A stretch of 63,954 nucleotides of DNA, filler included, from Reticulomyxa filosa (lineage: Eukaryota; Protista; Foraminifera), in NCBI GenBank assembly GCA_000512085.1. It is 23 parts of 23 records of this genome, joined end to end, with 100 filler letters (N's around TTAATTAATTAA, not from the genome) between each part and the next. Parts side by side here need not be neighbours in the genome. Positions count along the whole stretch, not along the records: positions 11,763 to 13,736 come from ASPP01019066.1; positions 13,837 to 15,369 come from ASPP01021492.1; positions 15,470 to 16,469 come from ASPP01042992.1; positions 16,570 to 30,887 come from ASPP01026731.1; 19 more parts are not named here. One strand, written 5' to 3'. The translations under genes and the position numbers were made by a program. A model generated the notes under the pieces. The model was not told the DNA's origin. It saw only the letters and a program-made list of their open reading frames with translations, and searched no databases. This document shows positions 12,454 through 24,597 of the stretch, piece by piece; the stretch's first letter is position 1; every line of letters starts with the position of its first letter.

Positions 12454-12663
12454 AGTATCAAAACTACTTCAAGTATATTATCAAATGGACAGAAACAAAC
12501 TGTAAATAGCTTAGCCAACAACAATGAATAAAATCCGACAATATTTTCAAAATAACATGTTTTATTGTTTTCTTTTTTGTGTTCAACAAAAACTTTTTAG
12601 TTTAAGAAAAAAAAAGCACTTTCTTCCGTCTCCCCTCATCTAATAATCTCTTCTTCAAAAAAG

Positions 12664-13736
12664 ATGAAAGCAATAATAAAACAGTACTCTACTGACAGAG
12701 ACTTAAGAAATCTGTTTGTCTCTGCCTTTTCATTTTTTCGCTCTTCACTGCATTTAGTTCTGCACAAAGTTTTGCAACTTCAGTGGATGCAAAAGTGGGT
12801 TCGATATCTCTTGGGATTTTATATGGAGTGTTTACATTTTCCAATGCTTTTGTTCCAAAAGCATTGCAATTTATTTCGGCCAAGTGAGCTGTGAATGCAC
12901 ATATATATGTATATTTTTTTTTTTGGAAAGAATAAATCGTTTAAAAAAAAAACAAAATAGATATGCAATGTTTTTTGGATCATGCACTTATTTTATGTTT
13001 GTGGCATCAAATATAGTGTTATATCCTTGGTTGTTATATACAACATCAGCAATTGAAGGAATTGGAGCAGCACTTTTATGGGTTGGTCAAGGACAATTTA
13101 TTACACAATGTGCAAATCAATTTGAAATTAATCATCAGCATCCTCTTAATTCCAAATTGGGTTATTTTAATGGTGTATTTTGGTTATTTTTTCAAGGTTT
13201 TTTTTAAATTTATTTATTTATTTATCATAAATAATATTTAATTAATTATTATTAATAAAATATCAAATAAAGCTAATCAAGTAATTGGAAATTTATTGTG
13301 TGCATTATTATTTCAGTTTCATTCATCGAACAAGGTTGTATATATTGTGCTGAGTGCCTTATGTTTATTTGGATGTCTTTGTTTTTTGTTCATTTCATCA
13401 CCGTCGTCTGCATCGATACCATTATCACCAGTTTCTCCTTCTTCTGATACTTTTTCTCCTCATTTTGGTACAAAGCAAGCTGATTCTGAAACTGTAAGAT
13501 TGACAAATGCAGGTGATGTACCCACTACAATTCATAATGTGGAGATGACCACACAATCGTCAAATCAAAATTCCAAAGTGGATGAGAATGAAGTCAAGAA
13601 CGAAAATAAAAGTGAGAATACAAATGCACATCGCAATCTATCATCTTCTCCTCCCTCAGTTGATCCATTAGTTGCTTTTCGAATGTGGTGTGATGTCCGT
13701 TTGCAACTTCTTATTGGCATTACTTTTTATAGTGGT
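12664..13736 (+). CDS. UNC-93-like MFS membrane protein, 3'-partial, multi-exon
   Basis: SAFSFF/LFTAFSSAQSF, GSISLGILYGVF, GIGAALLWVGQGQFIT, YFNGVFWLFFQ|ANQVIGNL. One frameshift lies in a T-run at ~12733. Confidence 0.85.
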
Positions 13737-15808
13737 NNNNNNNNNNNNNNNNNNNNNNNNNNNNNNNNNNNNNNNNNNNNTTAATTAATTAANNNNNNNN
13801 NNNNNNNNNNNNNNNNNNNNNNNNNNNNNNNNNNNNTGCCATTTAGGTATGGCAGTTTTTTTTGCAATCTACTGTAGAAATACAAAAATATATGCTTTTG
13901 ATTGGGGAATTCCTATTTAGCACAAGACAAACAAACTTCCATAACAAAGGTAACATATCATAATAAATAAAAAACATATACAAACCTTTTTTTTTTCGCC
14001 AACGGGGTATACTTCGACCCCATGATCATTTTTATTTTGTGTGTGTTGGAGAGTGGTAACAAATGAGTATTGACTTGACGGGGGAACCTATATAATACAC
14101 ATAAAACATTTGAATATATTTATATAAAAAAAGTAAATAGGACAAACAATTTTTCCTCCTTGCGGAGACGGGGTGGTTGCTACTCCATTTTTTTTTCTTC
14201 TATTTATTCCATTGGGCTATCCTATTTCAAATGATCACACAAGACATTGTCATAAATTAGATATAAAATAAAACAAAAGATTTTACCTTCGCTTGGCCAT
14301 TTGCAATCTTCGACATTCACAATTATTCTGTATATACGAATCACAAGCAAAAAAATAAGGTCTATTATTGAACAACAGAAAGGAAAAAACAAAAATAACT
14401 TGGCAATATCAGTGGCACTACGACCAACTTGTTCATCGACTGCATTGTCGACTACTTTCATCATTTGCGCAAACGGTACATCTATCACAAATGCATATTT
14501 GGGCAATAAAATGATAACGACTTGCGGTCACAGTTTGCTCCAGTAATTACAGCTGGTTGGGCAACTATTCCAAGTATACGTCGTCTTTTCATTTCCATTT
14601 TATCAACGGCACTGTGCAGTTGCATTATCTATTTTTTTTGTTTTTTATTTTTTTTAAACAAAAAAAAGAAAGTAAAAGAACTTAACATTGCGACATTGGA
14701 CAATACTTTGAAAATTGTGTCGAAGTCTTGGACGTTGTGCATTGCGCAAATGTTTGCTTGAGACTTGCCTGAACGATGCAGCGATCTTGTGATAAAAAAA
14801 TCTGCAGCGACTGCAGATAATGTTGGTGTTTGTGGCTGCGTTGTACCAGAACAATTCACAGCCAATGCTCATAATCGATATTTGCTCCATGGTGTTGCAC
14901 CATCTATTCCATGATTGCATACTTATCACTGCCTCCACTTTGACATTTTTCAATATGCTGTTATTTTGTTTTTTTAAAAATCATTTCTAAATAAGATCCA
15001 TAACGTACACAATTTATCATCTCCTCTTCCTATCTCTTGATATACGTAGACCTCCCCTTTTTTTTTTCATGATCATTTTTTTCGTTTAGTCTTTCTGTCA
15101 TGTTATGTACCTGAATGTCGTTACTGTGAATCTCCATTTGTATGCTGTCGGTTGTATAGTCGAAGGGGATAAGTACACTCATTGCCGGCGTTTTGGAGGG
15201 TACGTTCTTTTTGGACTGCTTTGTGCTGGCACTCAGGGTGCTTTGGAAAGTACGTATAATTTTATTTGTTGATTGCATCGACTCATTTTTGGAAATTTGC
15301 AATAATGATGTGCTTACCATGTTGTTGCATAATTGTATGCATTGCTCAAGTATCAACGCTTCCAGTTTCNNNNNNNNNNNNNNNNNNNNNNNNNNNNNNN
15401 NNNNNNNNNNNNNTTAATTAATTAANNNNNNNNNNNNNNNNNNNNNNNNNNNNNNNNNNNNNNNNNNNNAAAAAAAAGGGGGCTTGCGTTCCATCCGAAT
15501 AAAAAATCGGTTTATCACGTTTGCAAGATTTCCGTCTTTGGGAAGAATATTCGAAAACCAAGTTTTTGAAGCTTGATGGATATGGAAGAAGAAGGACGTC
15601 CACAATGCAAATGACAATGAACAGACGACAACACGGGAGTGACGGACAAAAAAAAAAAAAAAATGAAAGATTCGCAAATGCGACTACTTGGCTGCAAAGT
15701 TCTAATCAATTAAAAAAAAAAAAAGCAAATTCGTCTTTTTTTTATTATTTTTATTGGATGCATTGATTTTGTTTTTTTTTTGTTTTGGTTATCACTAAAA
15801 ACAAAAAA

Positions 15809-16003
15809 ATGCCTGAAGATAAAGAATCAACTGCATGTGTCATTGACAACGTAAGTGGAATGATCAAGACAGGATTTGCTGGAGATGATGCCACACGGGC
15901 TGTCTTCCCATCTATGATTGGACGACCAAGACATCAAGGTGTGATTGTCGGCATGGGCCAAAAAGATGCTTATATTGGTGATGAAACCCAAGCCAAACAA
16001 GGA
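15809..16003 (+). pseudogene. ACT: Truncated actin fragment (first ~65 codons)
   Basis: [57 protein letters not shown]. It has substitutions at near-invariant sites (DNGSG to DNVSG, DDAP to DDAT), and similarity ends abruptly. Confidence 0.85.
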
Positions 16004-17229
16004 TTTTATTTGATCTGCGAATGTAATTTCGGCAAAATGGAAATATATACATTACGTCGATCTGCATTCTCTTTTTGTAGATGTTTGGACAAGAAATTCA
16101 AGACAATGAAACCGACTTGGGAAAAAAACATTATGCTGTCATGTTCGGTAAAACTTGTCCTATTGGAATAGATTTCCAAAGAGCCTGAGTCATTTGCACA
16201 AACCATGGCCCATGCTGATTTTTGGGAATATCTTCCTCTACATCTAGAATTTCACTCAAAAATCTGGAAGAGAAAGAGATTAGACATGCGTAATTGAAAA
16301 TTATTTGACGAAAATGATGTATGATCACTTTCAGTGGTAGCAATTGACAACTTGCTACATAATAGTAATGCTATAGACACAATGATATTTTGCAAAATGG
16401 TTTGTTGATTTTACGTGTGCAAACACATTAAATGAATGGAATGCATAATTATTCGATTCATTTTGGCAGNNNNNNNNNNNNNNNNNNNNNNNNNNNNNNN
16501 NNNNNNNNNNNNNTTAATTAATTAANNNNNNNNNNNNNNNNNNNNNNNNNNNNNNNNNNNNNNNNNNNNTAATTCATCAGGAGAGCATTGCAAAATTTTA
16601 TACTTTGGATGGTCATTAATCTTCACGAGTTAAAATATCAATCCAAGTCATGGACGCAGAGTGGGAAAAGAGAAGAAGAGAACAATGAGAAATAGACTTT
16701 GCTCAGCCTTAGAGAGAGTTGGGTCAAATTCCATTATCCGATTATTGAAAGGAGATATCATTTCATTCATAAGGATAATTATCAAACCAACAATATGTTT
16801 GCGTTTAACAAAAAAAATATAGAAATAAAAATTCTAGAGCAAATTATTAACGTTTCAAAATGAAATTTATTCCACAAAAAATATTGCATTAATGAAATCA
16901 ACATTTGTAAATGCTATTTCTGTGTGCATTTTTCTTAAGTCTTTTTTGACATTTATATAAAAAAATAAAAAATAAAAAAGACAAACATTGCAAAAAAAAC
17001 TTAAACTAGACATTGTAATATTATTGTGAAAGTTTCATTCTTAAATTTTTTTTTTTGTAACTGTCTTTTTATTTGTTTATTGTTAATGTTTTGTTTTGAT
17101 CTCTTGAGTAAATTTGTTTGTATATGCATAACCGTCTTTCTAGCAATACAACCTTTAAATTTTGAAATTGGGAACATGTAATTTACGTACAGTATCTGAA
17201 TGTTCTTCCAACAATTGAATTTGCCTGCC

Positions 17230-19560
17230 TGAGGACACATCTCAAAAGCAAATGGTTGAGCATGAGAAAATTTTCGAATCATCGGGTGAAAATAGAGCTG
17301 TAATAACCGCTTTGAAATGTCCAGCAAATAATGGGAGTTGTTGTCCAGATACCACATCCCACAATTGAATTGTTCCATCATTCGAATAGGGACATAATTT
17401 GCAATTCATCAGGCGAAAATTGTACTCCAGTGATGTCATCTGAGTGTCCTTTCAATAATTGAATTTGTTCTCCAGATTATATATCTCAAATTCGGGTCGT
17501 TTTATCATTTGAACAAGATACAATCAATGTGGGCGTTGTTTCGTAAATTCGCTCCGCAATAAATTTGATTATGCCAATTTCTTCGTTCAACAATTTGCGA
17601 CTATAAATAAATTTGGGATATGTATTTCAAATTGTTGTTGAAGTTTTTAATGGTTGAAATCAACATTAAAATCTGATCTCCATGAAATTATGTCGAGCAC
17701 AATTTTTTGTGCTGCATGGTATTCTTGACACGATTTGTGCAAAAATTGATATTTGTTTTCACAAACTTTTCTCAAAACATATTTTGCGAGATATTCACAA
17801 TATTTTTGAAAATCAGCTTTGATTTTTTTTTTTTTTAGATTTATTTGAATCCTTAATTCTGCTAATTTATTGAAAATATTTTTCACATGCGTATCAATCT
17901 ATTGTTCGTTAAATGCGTCATACGCTTGTGTCCGTGAAATTTTGGTTGCTGCAAGATGCTGTTTCAATAATTTCAGTAGCACTGTCAATACCAATCGAAA
18001 TAAAAATGGCTCTTCTACCATTTTATGTAAATTTGGATAAGATAAACAAGAAAAATAAAAATAACAAACATTTGGTGGACTACACAACAATGAAAAAATA
18101 TTGAACACTTCACAAATTTATCAATATATCCTCCTTTGAAAAAGATCACAGGTAAACCATTGGCATGGTTGATATTAAATTCTGTTTAAATTTTGGTCCA
18201 AGTAAAACTTGTTTAAAATCTTCTTCACTTAGCACATGGCTTCGACATGTAATAATAATTTTTGCATTCCATTCACTTAAATTAAACCGATCATAAAAAT
18301 ACGTTCATTTCGCTTTTGTTGTAATTATCAAATATTTCATCAAATCCATCTAAGATAAATACAAATGGAATATTTCACGAATAACATCTGCTATCTCTTT
18401 ATTGATTTGTTTCATTTGTAAAGCTTGGGAAATGATTTGTTTTTCATTTGATTCGTTCCTCAGACACAATCAAATTGAATTACTCTGCTTTTTTCATTAC
18501 TGCAACTGCAGTTTGTAATTTGGTTGGATTATCAGCTTGATTAAAATCACCACCATAATCTGCTTGAATCTTTTCCAATAATCTTTCATTTCCTTTCAAA
18601 CTAGGTGGTTTCACAACTGTAATTTCATATTTCTGTAACTCTGTTACGAAATTCTTAATTTCAATACTGTTCATTGCATATTCACTCCTTTCTCTTAAAT
18701 CTTCAATACTCTTTGCATGTTGTCTTATTTTAGCTTTTAATTCATAAAACAATCCAGATGTTATTGAATATGGACATTGATAATTATTATCTTTCACAGG
18801 TATTGAATCACCACTTGCACAAATAGAATGTTCAGAATTGTAAAACATTGCTTTGACAATTGATGTAATTGTTGATCTTTTACAATCAGGACAATTCAAT
18901 AATGTCTTACCCGATACAAAGATAATGCTATCAAAGCCAAGATTAACCCATACAAGTAATTTTCCTTTTGATACAAGACAATTTTCATTTGTACAATATC
19001 CCTGCAAACTAATTCCTGGCTTCGTTTCCTCAATTTCTGTTTTTTCCTTCCCTTTTTCTAAATGTTTGGCCTTGTTTGATTCACTTATTTGAACTTCACT
19101 GCCAATTATCTCATTTTTCCAAATTTAATAACTGTTTATTTTAATTTAAAAAACCTAATAAAACAGACATAATAGTAATGAAAGACGAACATATCCTTAC
19201 CTGTTCCATATTTTTTAAATCATCAGCCTTGGCCTCTGATTCTGAGTATTCCTTGAAAATTATTAAAAAAATGAACAACAAGATGAAAATAGAGAAAAAT
19301 AAAATTTAATTGTTTTCATACCTCGTTCCCAGCCAATTGTCGGACAATATCCTTAATAACCAACTCAATGTTTCCATTGTGTAGTTCAATTTGACGCTGT
19401 AATTCTTCCTTGTTAATTACTTCACTAAATAAGCGTGCCAATATTTTTATTTCCTTTGCATGTTTCTGATTTTTGCCTGTAACACTATTACCTTGCATGC
19501 TCCCACGAAGTGTCTCATTAGGAAAGCAAAAAGCGCACGTATTTTGCATACTTCTACTTG
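17230..19560 (-). pseudogene. NACHT-WD40 (STAND/NLR-like) gene, decayed
   Basis: Order on the minus strand: CUE/UBA-like exon, Cys motif PGISLQGYCTNENC..CPDC, Walker B IPFVFILDGFDE (~18340), sensor IIITCR, PFLFRLVL, winged-helix FLHKSCQEYHAA (~17720), then WD40s (LKGHSDDITGVQFSPD, SNDGTIQLWDV, AGHFKAV..FSPD). It has stops and frameshifts and no Walker A. Confidence 0.85.
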
Positions 19561-20127
19561 CTCCTATAAGCGTTGCGTTTGCCGTACAGGTTCAGTCGTG
19601 ACGGACAATTGTCAAACTTTGGCTTCACTTTTTCTTTCGAGTTTCAACAAATGAAAGAAAAAGAGATTGCACTTGATATGAGTTGAATCCAAAACGATTT
19701 AAAGATGATAAAGTGCCCCTATGACCTTAAAAAAGTTTCAAAAACTTTTTTTACGACCAAAATAACAAGCTCAAAAATGCTTGTTTGCTTTGTCATTTCT
19801 TGTTTTATTCTTCTCTGGACAACAAGTTTTCAAAGTTATTTTTGGAAATATATTGGAGGAAGGATATAATCGCTACAAATGCCCTTCGTTATCCTTTGAA
19901 CTTGTTCAAACGTACTCTTGTTTAACAAGCAAAACAAGGAAAGTGTTAAATCAAAAGGGGTTCTGTTTGTTGTTTGCCCTTCCATTATTTCGTCTAAAGT
20001 AAGGTTATTAAAGAGTGTTTTTGTAATTCATTGCTTGTGTTAATTTTTGACTTTTTATTTCAAATGCTAATAGTATTTTTGAATCATATAATATGTACGT
20101 ACACACTAGCAGGCAAAAGAAAAGAAA

Positions 20128-20598
20128 ATGTCGGACGATCATGCATTGGCAGCTGATGAAAAGGTAGTGTATACCAGTGCAGAGCGTGGTGGTGCTTACA
20201 ATTGTCTTCGTACGTTATGGTGTGGTTGTTGCGAACCATATCACGTAATAACAAATAAATGGGTAAAAGAAGACTATTGGAAGGGCTGTTCAACTTATAC
20301 AGACAGTATGAGTATGGAAAGCATTAGTGACGTGAAGAGATTGCAAAGCTGTTGGTGTGTACTTGGAAGCTGCTGCTGTTCATGTTGTGTTTTCGACATG
20401 GCCGATATCGTTGTGTACGGATCAGATGCCTCTACCAAAAGCAAAAATGGATGGCGATTAAAAAATGTTGCAAACAGTGAAAGAGTTACTGACGATTTGA
20501 CTAAAATATTGCAAGCAATCAATGCTGACTTCCGACAAAAAGGAAGAAATTTAGGAAAGAAATTGCAAGAGGTCAAAGATAAAGCCGATGTGGAGTAA
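20128..20598 (+). CDS. Intronless 156-aa Cys-rich protein with a bacterial-type PH (bPH_2/YdbS-like) domain
   Basis: Clean ATG-TAA ORF. YHVITNKWV...G...DSMSMESISDVKRLQS...DIVVYGSDAS...LKNVAN.ERV fits the bPH_2 pattern. Cys clusters WCGCC and CCCSCC. Confidence 0.55.
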   Translation: MSDDHALAADEKVVYTSAERGGAYNCLRTLWCGCCEPYHVITNKWVKEDYWKGCSTYTDSMSMESISDVKRLQSCWCVLGSCCCSCCVFDMADIVVYGSDASTKSKNGWRLKNVANSERVTDDLTKILQAINADFRQKGRNLGKKLQEVKDKADVE

Positions 20599-20986
20599 AA
20601 ACACAAAGGTTGTTCAAATAATCTGATTTTTTTTTTAGCACAACTTTTTTTATTGTGTTGTCACATAAAGGAAAATTAACTCTTGATATGGGCGCGAAAC
20701 CAAGAAATGGCAACTTTTTCCTTTTTTAGTTTATTTCTGCATTTTGGTAATATATGCCCAAATTTTTGCCCTCCCCTTTTTTTTTGAATTGGGGTGGAAA
20801 GAATGAACCCAAAATTTTTGGATTGAAAAAAAGTTTTTTTTATCAAAAGGGACAGAAAAAAGTTAATGAGCAACTTTCAGCAACATAACTAATTTTTTGA
20901 GGCGCGTGTGCTTCTTATCGAAACAACAAAAAAATGGCAAAAAAAAAAGTGGAAGAAGACAGACACAACGGTACAACAATGTACAA

Positions 20987-23522
20987 CTATAAAATGATAC
21001 AAGATTTCTGTGGTAAAATGGGCTGATAATTACAAGACAACAAAGTAACTTGCTCTCCTCGACCTACTAGTGTAACGGCAACATTTAAAGGCGGTTCCAA
21101 ATTTTTCCAAATAACCCCACAATCGCCATTGTTAAGTATAAAGGATACATTGACTTTTTCGCTTTTGCGGTTTAACTTTAATCTAAGTTTGATAATATCT
21201 CCGGTTTTCAAAATGGGAATGACCCTTTTTTGTCTGTTAAAAACACTATGTACTCGAGGCTGACGGCTGTGCCTACGTTCATCGTCATCGGAGACATTGG
21301 GTGCTCTCGAGATCGCTCCCTCGTCTTCTTTTTGGGATGTTTTTTCTTCTTCTTTTCGTTCAGTCCATTCTCGTTTCATTTCTTCTTTTGGCTCCTCTTT
21401 CAATTCATCTTTGCCTTCAATTAATTCATGCATCGTTCCATTTGCTCCAGAGCTTGTATTTGCATCTTCGTGGCCAATAGTGTATTCACTCGACGGTATT
21501 GTTGTGTGAGTGGTAGCTGTGTGGGGCAACACCGGAGAGGTTGGTCCCGTTGTCTCTACTGGTGAGGCAAGGGACGGGGTTGACATTGGATTGGACTTGG
21601 CTGAAAGGGAGTGTTGCCTATTGAACATGATATACAATACATACATATATGTACATATACATATACATATATGTACATATATATAAGCTATAAGAAGACG
21701 ATGCTACTCAACGTGTGTGTCGATTTTGGTTTATCAGGGCGTGGCTGTTCTTTCCCTTTTCGACTGGTAATATAAGGTTCTCTTATGCTGTTGTGATACA
21801 CAGTACCATTGTATCCGAACAGACTCCACGAGTAATCATTGAAGCCAAGCATGAAGCCTGGCTTTGCAACGTTTACTCGTTCTTTCTTGCTATTCAAAAC
21901 GCCGACAAACAAATAGCCTGTCTCTGTGTGGTCAATCCGAATCTCCACTAGCATTTCATCATGTCCGCCTATTCATCCCAACATTGCGTTCAATTACATA
22001 CTCTCATTTTTTTTCTTGCATGTTCGCTGCGCCGTTTCATCCCCTCCAGTGTGAGAGGAAAAAAAAAAAAAAAAAGGGGGGGGCACGCGAATATGCATGA
22101 ACATCGACACATATAATCATAACACATAACACATACATACGATATATAGATACAATCACCTGCCAAAGAAAGAGACCCATTTTTGGGGAGATTATATCTG
22201 GGAGGATGCGATGTGATCGTTTTGGGCCAGGCGCTTTTGCTTCGGAGTAAGAGAGCCTCATTTGTGTTGTGTTGCGGATTGGAAGGGGCGGAATCAAAGG
22301 CATTGTCAAGCATGAGAGCGTCCGGACTGAACGACCGCGCTTTGACGAGTTTGTGTGAGGATGCATGCAGGTTACCCATCGAAGAGGAGTACACAGACTC
22401 GTGTTGTGCGTGCAACGGCAAGAGATTGCCGTCTGACATATCCGCACTATTGATCTGTGCATGTGCAGCTGTCGACCACAATGGTGGTGTGAGCTTTTTA
22501 TTGCCATCTAACATTTGGGTATTATTATTATTATTATTATTGTTATTAGCATTGAGATTAATATTGAGATTGGGATTAGGTTGGATAGGGTCATGACTAT
22601 TAGTGTTAATCGTATTGGAAAACTCGTTGTCATGAGACACTTTCTTGACTTGGTCTTGCGGCGTGGCAAATGTCCATCGATAGTCCATTGACTTTGGCGA
22701 CCACAATCTTTCTTTCTTTTTCTCTTTTCCGCTATCCTTGCTTTGTTTTGACTCTTGCTTACTTTTATTACTTTCTTTTGGCTTTTCTTTTTTCTTTTTT
22801 TTTTTCTTTTTCTTTTTCTTGTTTCACTTTGTGTTTTTCCTTTTCCTTTTCTTTTTCTTTTTCTTTTTGTTTCTGTTGCTTGGCCGCCGATTCAATGGAA
22901 TATGATGTATTTTGCTTTGGCAATGTCTTTGCTTCTTTCGTCTTTTGCTTTTTTTTTTCTTTCGTCTTGTCCTTGCCTTTGCCTTTGCCTTTGCCTTGGT
23001 CCTTCTCTTTGTCTTTGTTTTTCGTCTTTCGAATGTCCAGTGTCCATTTCGACCCACTTCTCTTTTTGTTTCCTTTTGAAGTCTCGTTTTCATCCGTTTC
23101 TTTTTTTTTTCTTTCGCTTTTTTGTTGTTGTTATTATATTCAATTAAATATACTCTTATATACATATATATATATATATATATATACATATATATGTATA
23201 TGTACATATATATGTATATTACACATGTTAATGCAAATTCTTTCATATACAGTTAAAACAAATAAACAACAACAACAACAACAACAACAAAAAAGATTGT
23301 TTGATTGGCAAAACTGCGGAAAACCCCGGTTTTATCGGACTTGGTTTTGAGCAAAGGCCCAGGCGTCGTGGAGTGTCCACCATTGTAAGAATGGGGATCA
23401 TGATGTAGAGAATGTTCCCTCTCCTCTGTGCTGGACGCCTCTGAGTGATCTTTTTCGGAAAAGGTTTGGCTGCTGTGACTTTGCGTTTTTGGTTGCATTG
23501 TAGGAAACAAAGTTTTTGGTAA

Positions 23523-23555
<33 letters not shown>

Positions 23556-24288
23556 GTCATTGTTGGATGTCTTAACATCAACAGGATCATCATCAAAACT
23601 GACATGATGAGGAGGATGAGCAGAGTGAAAAGGAGAAGACGAATTGGGCATGTGAGAATATTGATGTTGGTAAGGGTATTGATAATGAGACAACGCCGTG
23701 TGCTTATTAACACTAACATTATCCAACGAGTTGTTATGATGCGTAGCCATGCTGTGCATCTCGCCTTGGTCCGGATGCGGTGGTCCCATTGGCAACGACG
23801 ATGGGTCCACTTTTCTTTTGTGCTCTTGCGACGGTAACGACGAACCTGATCCTTCCTCTTCTTGCGAGGTCGACACGTCCGCTGACTCGCCATCGTCTTG
23901 CTCGTATTCCTCTTCGTCGTCGTCACTATTCTCGTTCAGCTGCGCCAAATACGTGCTCGTGAAAAACCAATGGTTCAACAACACCGTGCTCACAAATGGG
24001 TCCTTCGAACGCACTGTACGATTCCCATTCGATAGTGTCAACGATGGTACTGCCAACGCTGGGTCAAAGTACACCGAATTGAACTCCAGTCCTATTTGCT
24101 CTCATACATACATGCACATATGTACATGTTTGCCAAAATTAAAAATACTTTTTTTTTTTTTTTGGGTCCTTTAAAAAAAAAAAAAGCCTGTTATGAGGCC
24201 TATTAAACGCGCAAGGCTTGCAAGCACCTGTTGCATTTGAGCTAAGGAAAGACGTACGGCGCAGAGAATCGCGTTTGGTTTCATTCAT
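20987..24288 (-). CDS. SPRY/B30.2-domain protein with long low-complexity inserts and a C-terminal CaaX, multi-exon
   Basis: SPRY pieces: FDP..LTLSNGNRTV..TVL...WF; VEIRIDHTETGYLFVGV..LGFNDYSWSLFGYNG; KTGDIIKLRL..VSFILN..LNVAVTL. The protein ends CIIL*. Confidence 0.75.
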
Positions 24289-24597
24289 CCTCCTCAAACT
24301 TTTATTTGGGAAGGGGGGAAAAAAATGCGTTCACTTTTTCAGTTTTTGAAATAGATAATATCTTGGCACGTGTATGTGTTTATTCATACATGTAATAGAC
24401 TTGCACAAGTATTTTTTTTTAATAGGAAAAGCCCAAAATCGGATGCATTTATTAAAATTTTTGGTATGCAAAATAAGAAGAAGGAGAGGCGAATTTGTAT
24501 AATTATTTGGGCCAGACGAATGTAAAAAGGATTTTGAAAAATTGCAAAAGAACAAAATCAACTTATATATTTGTGTATATCAAAAAAAAAAAAAAAT

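Noticed and set aside
13866-13880. AATCTACTGTAGA resembles a Cas12a direct-repeat stem
   Set aside because: It is a single short palindrome with no repeat-spacer array and no cas genes, in a eukaryotic context.
14222-15369. Cys-containing minus-strand ORF pieces
   Set aside because: They could not be joined into a consistent reading frame or matched to a domain.
22670-23350. Long Phe/Ser-rich plus-strand ORFs that look like membrane proteins
   Set aside because: They are antisense shadows of the Lys/Glu-rich exon of the SPRY gene.
24180-24195. Apparent GC donor in exon 1 of the SPRY gene
   Set aside because: A canonical G|GTGCTT donor in the MNETKRDS frame gives the required phase.
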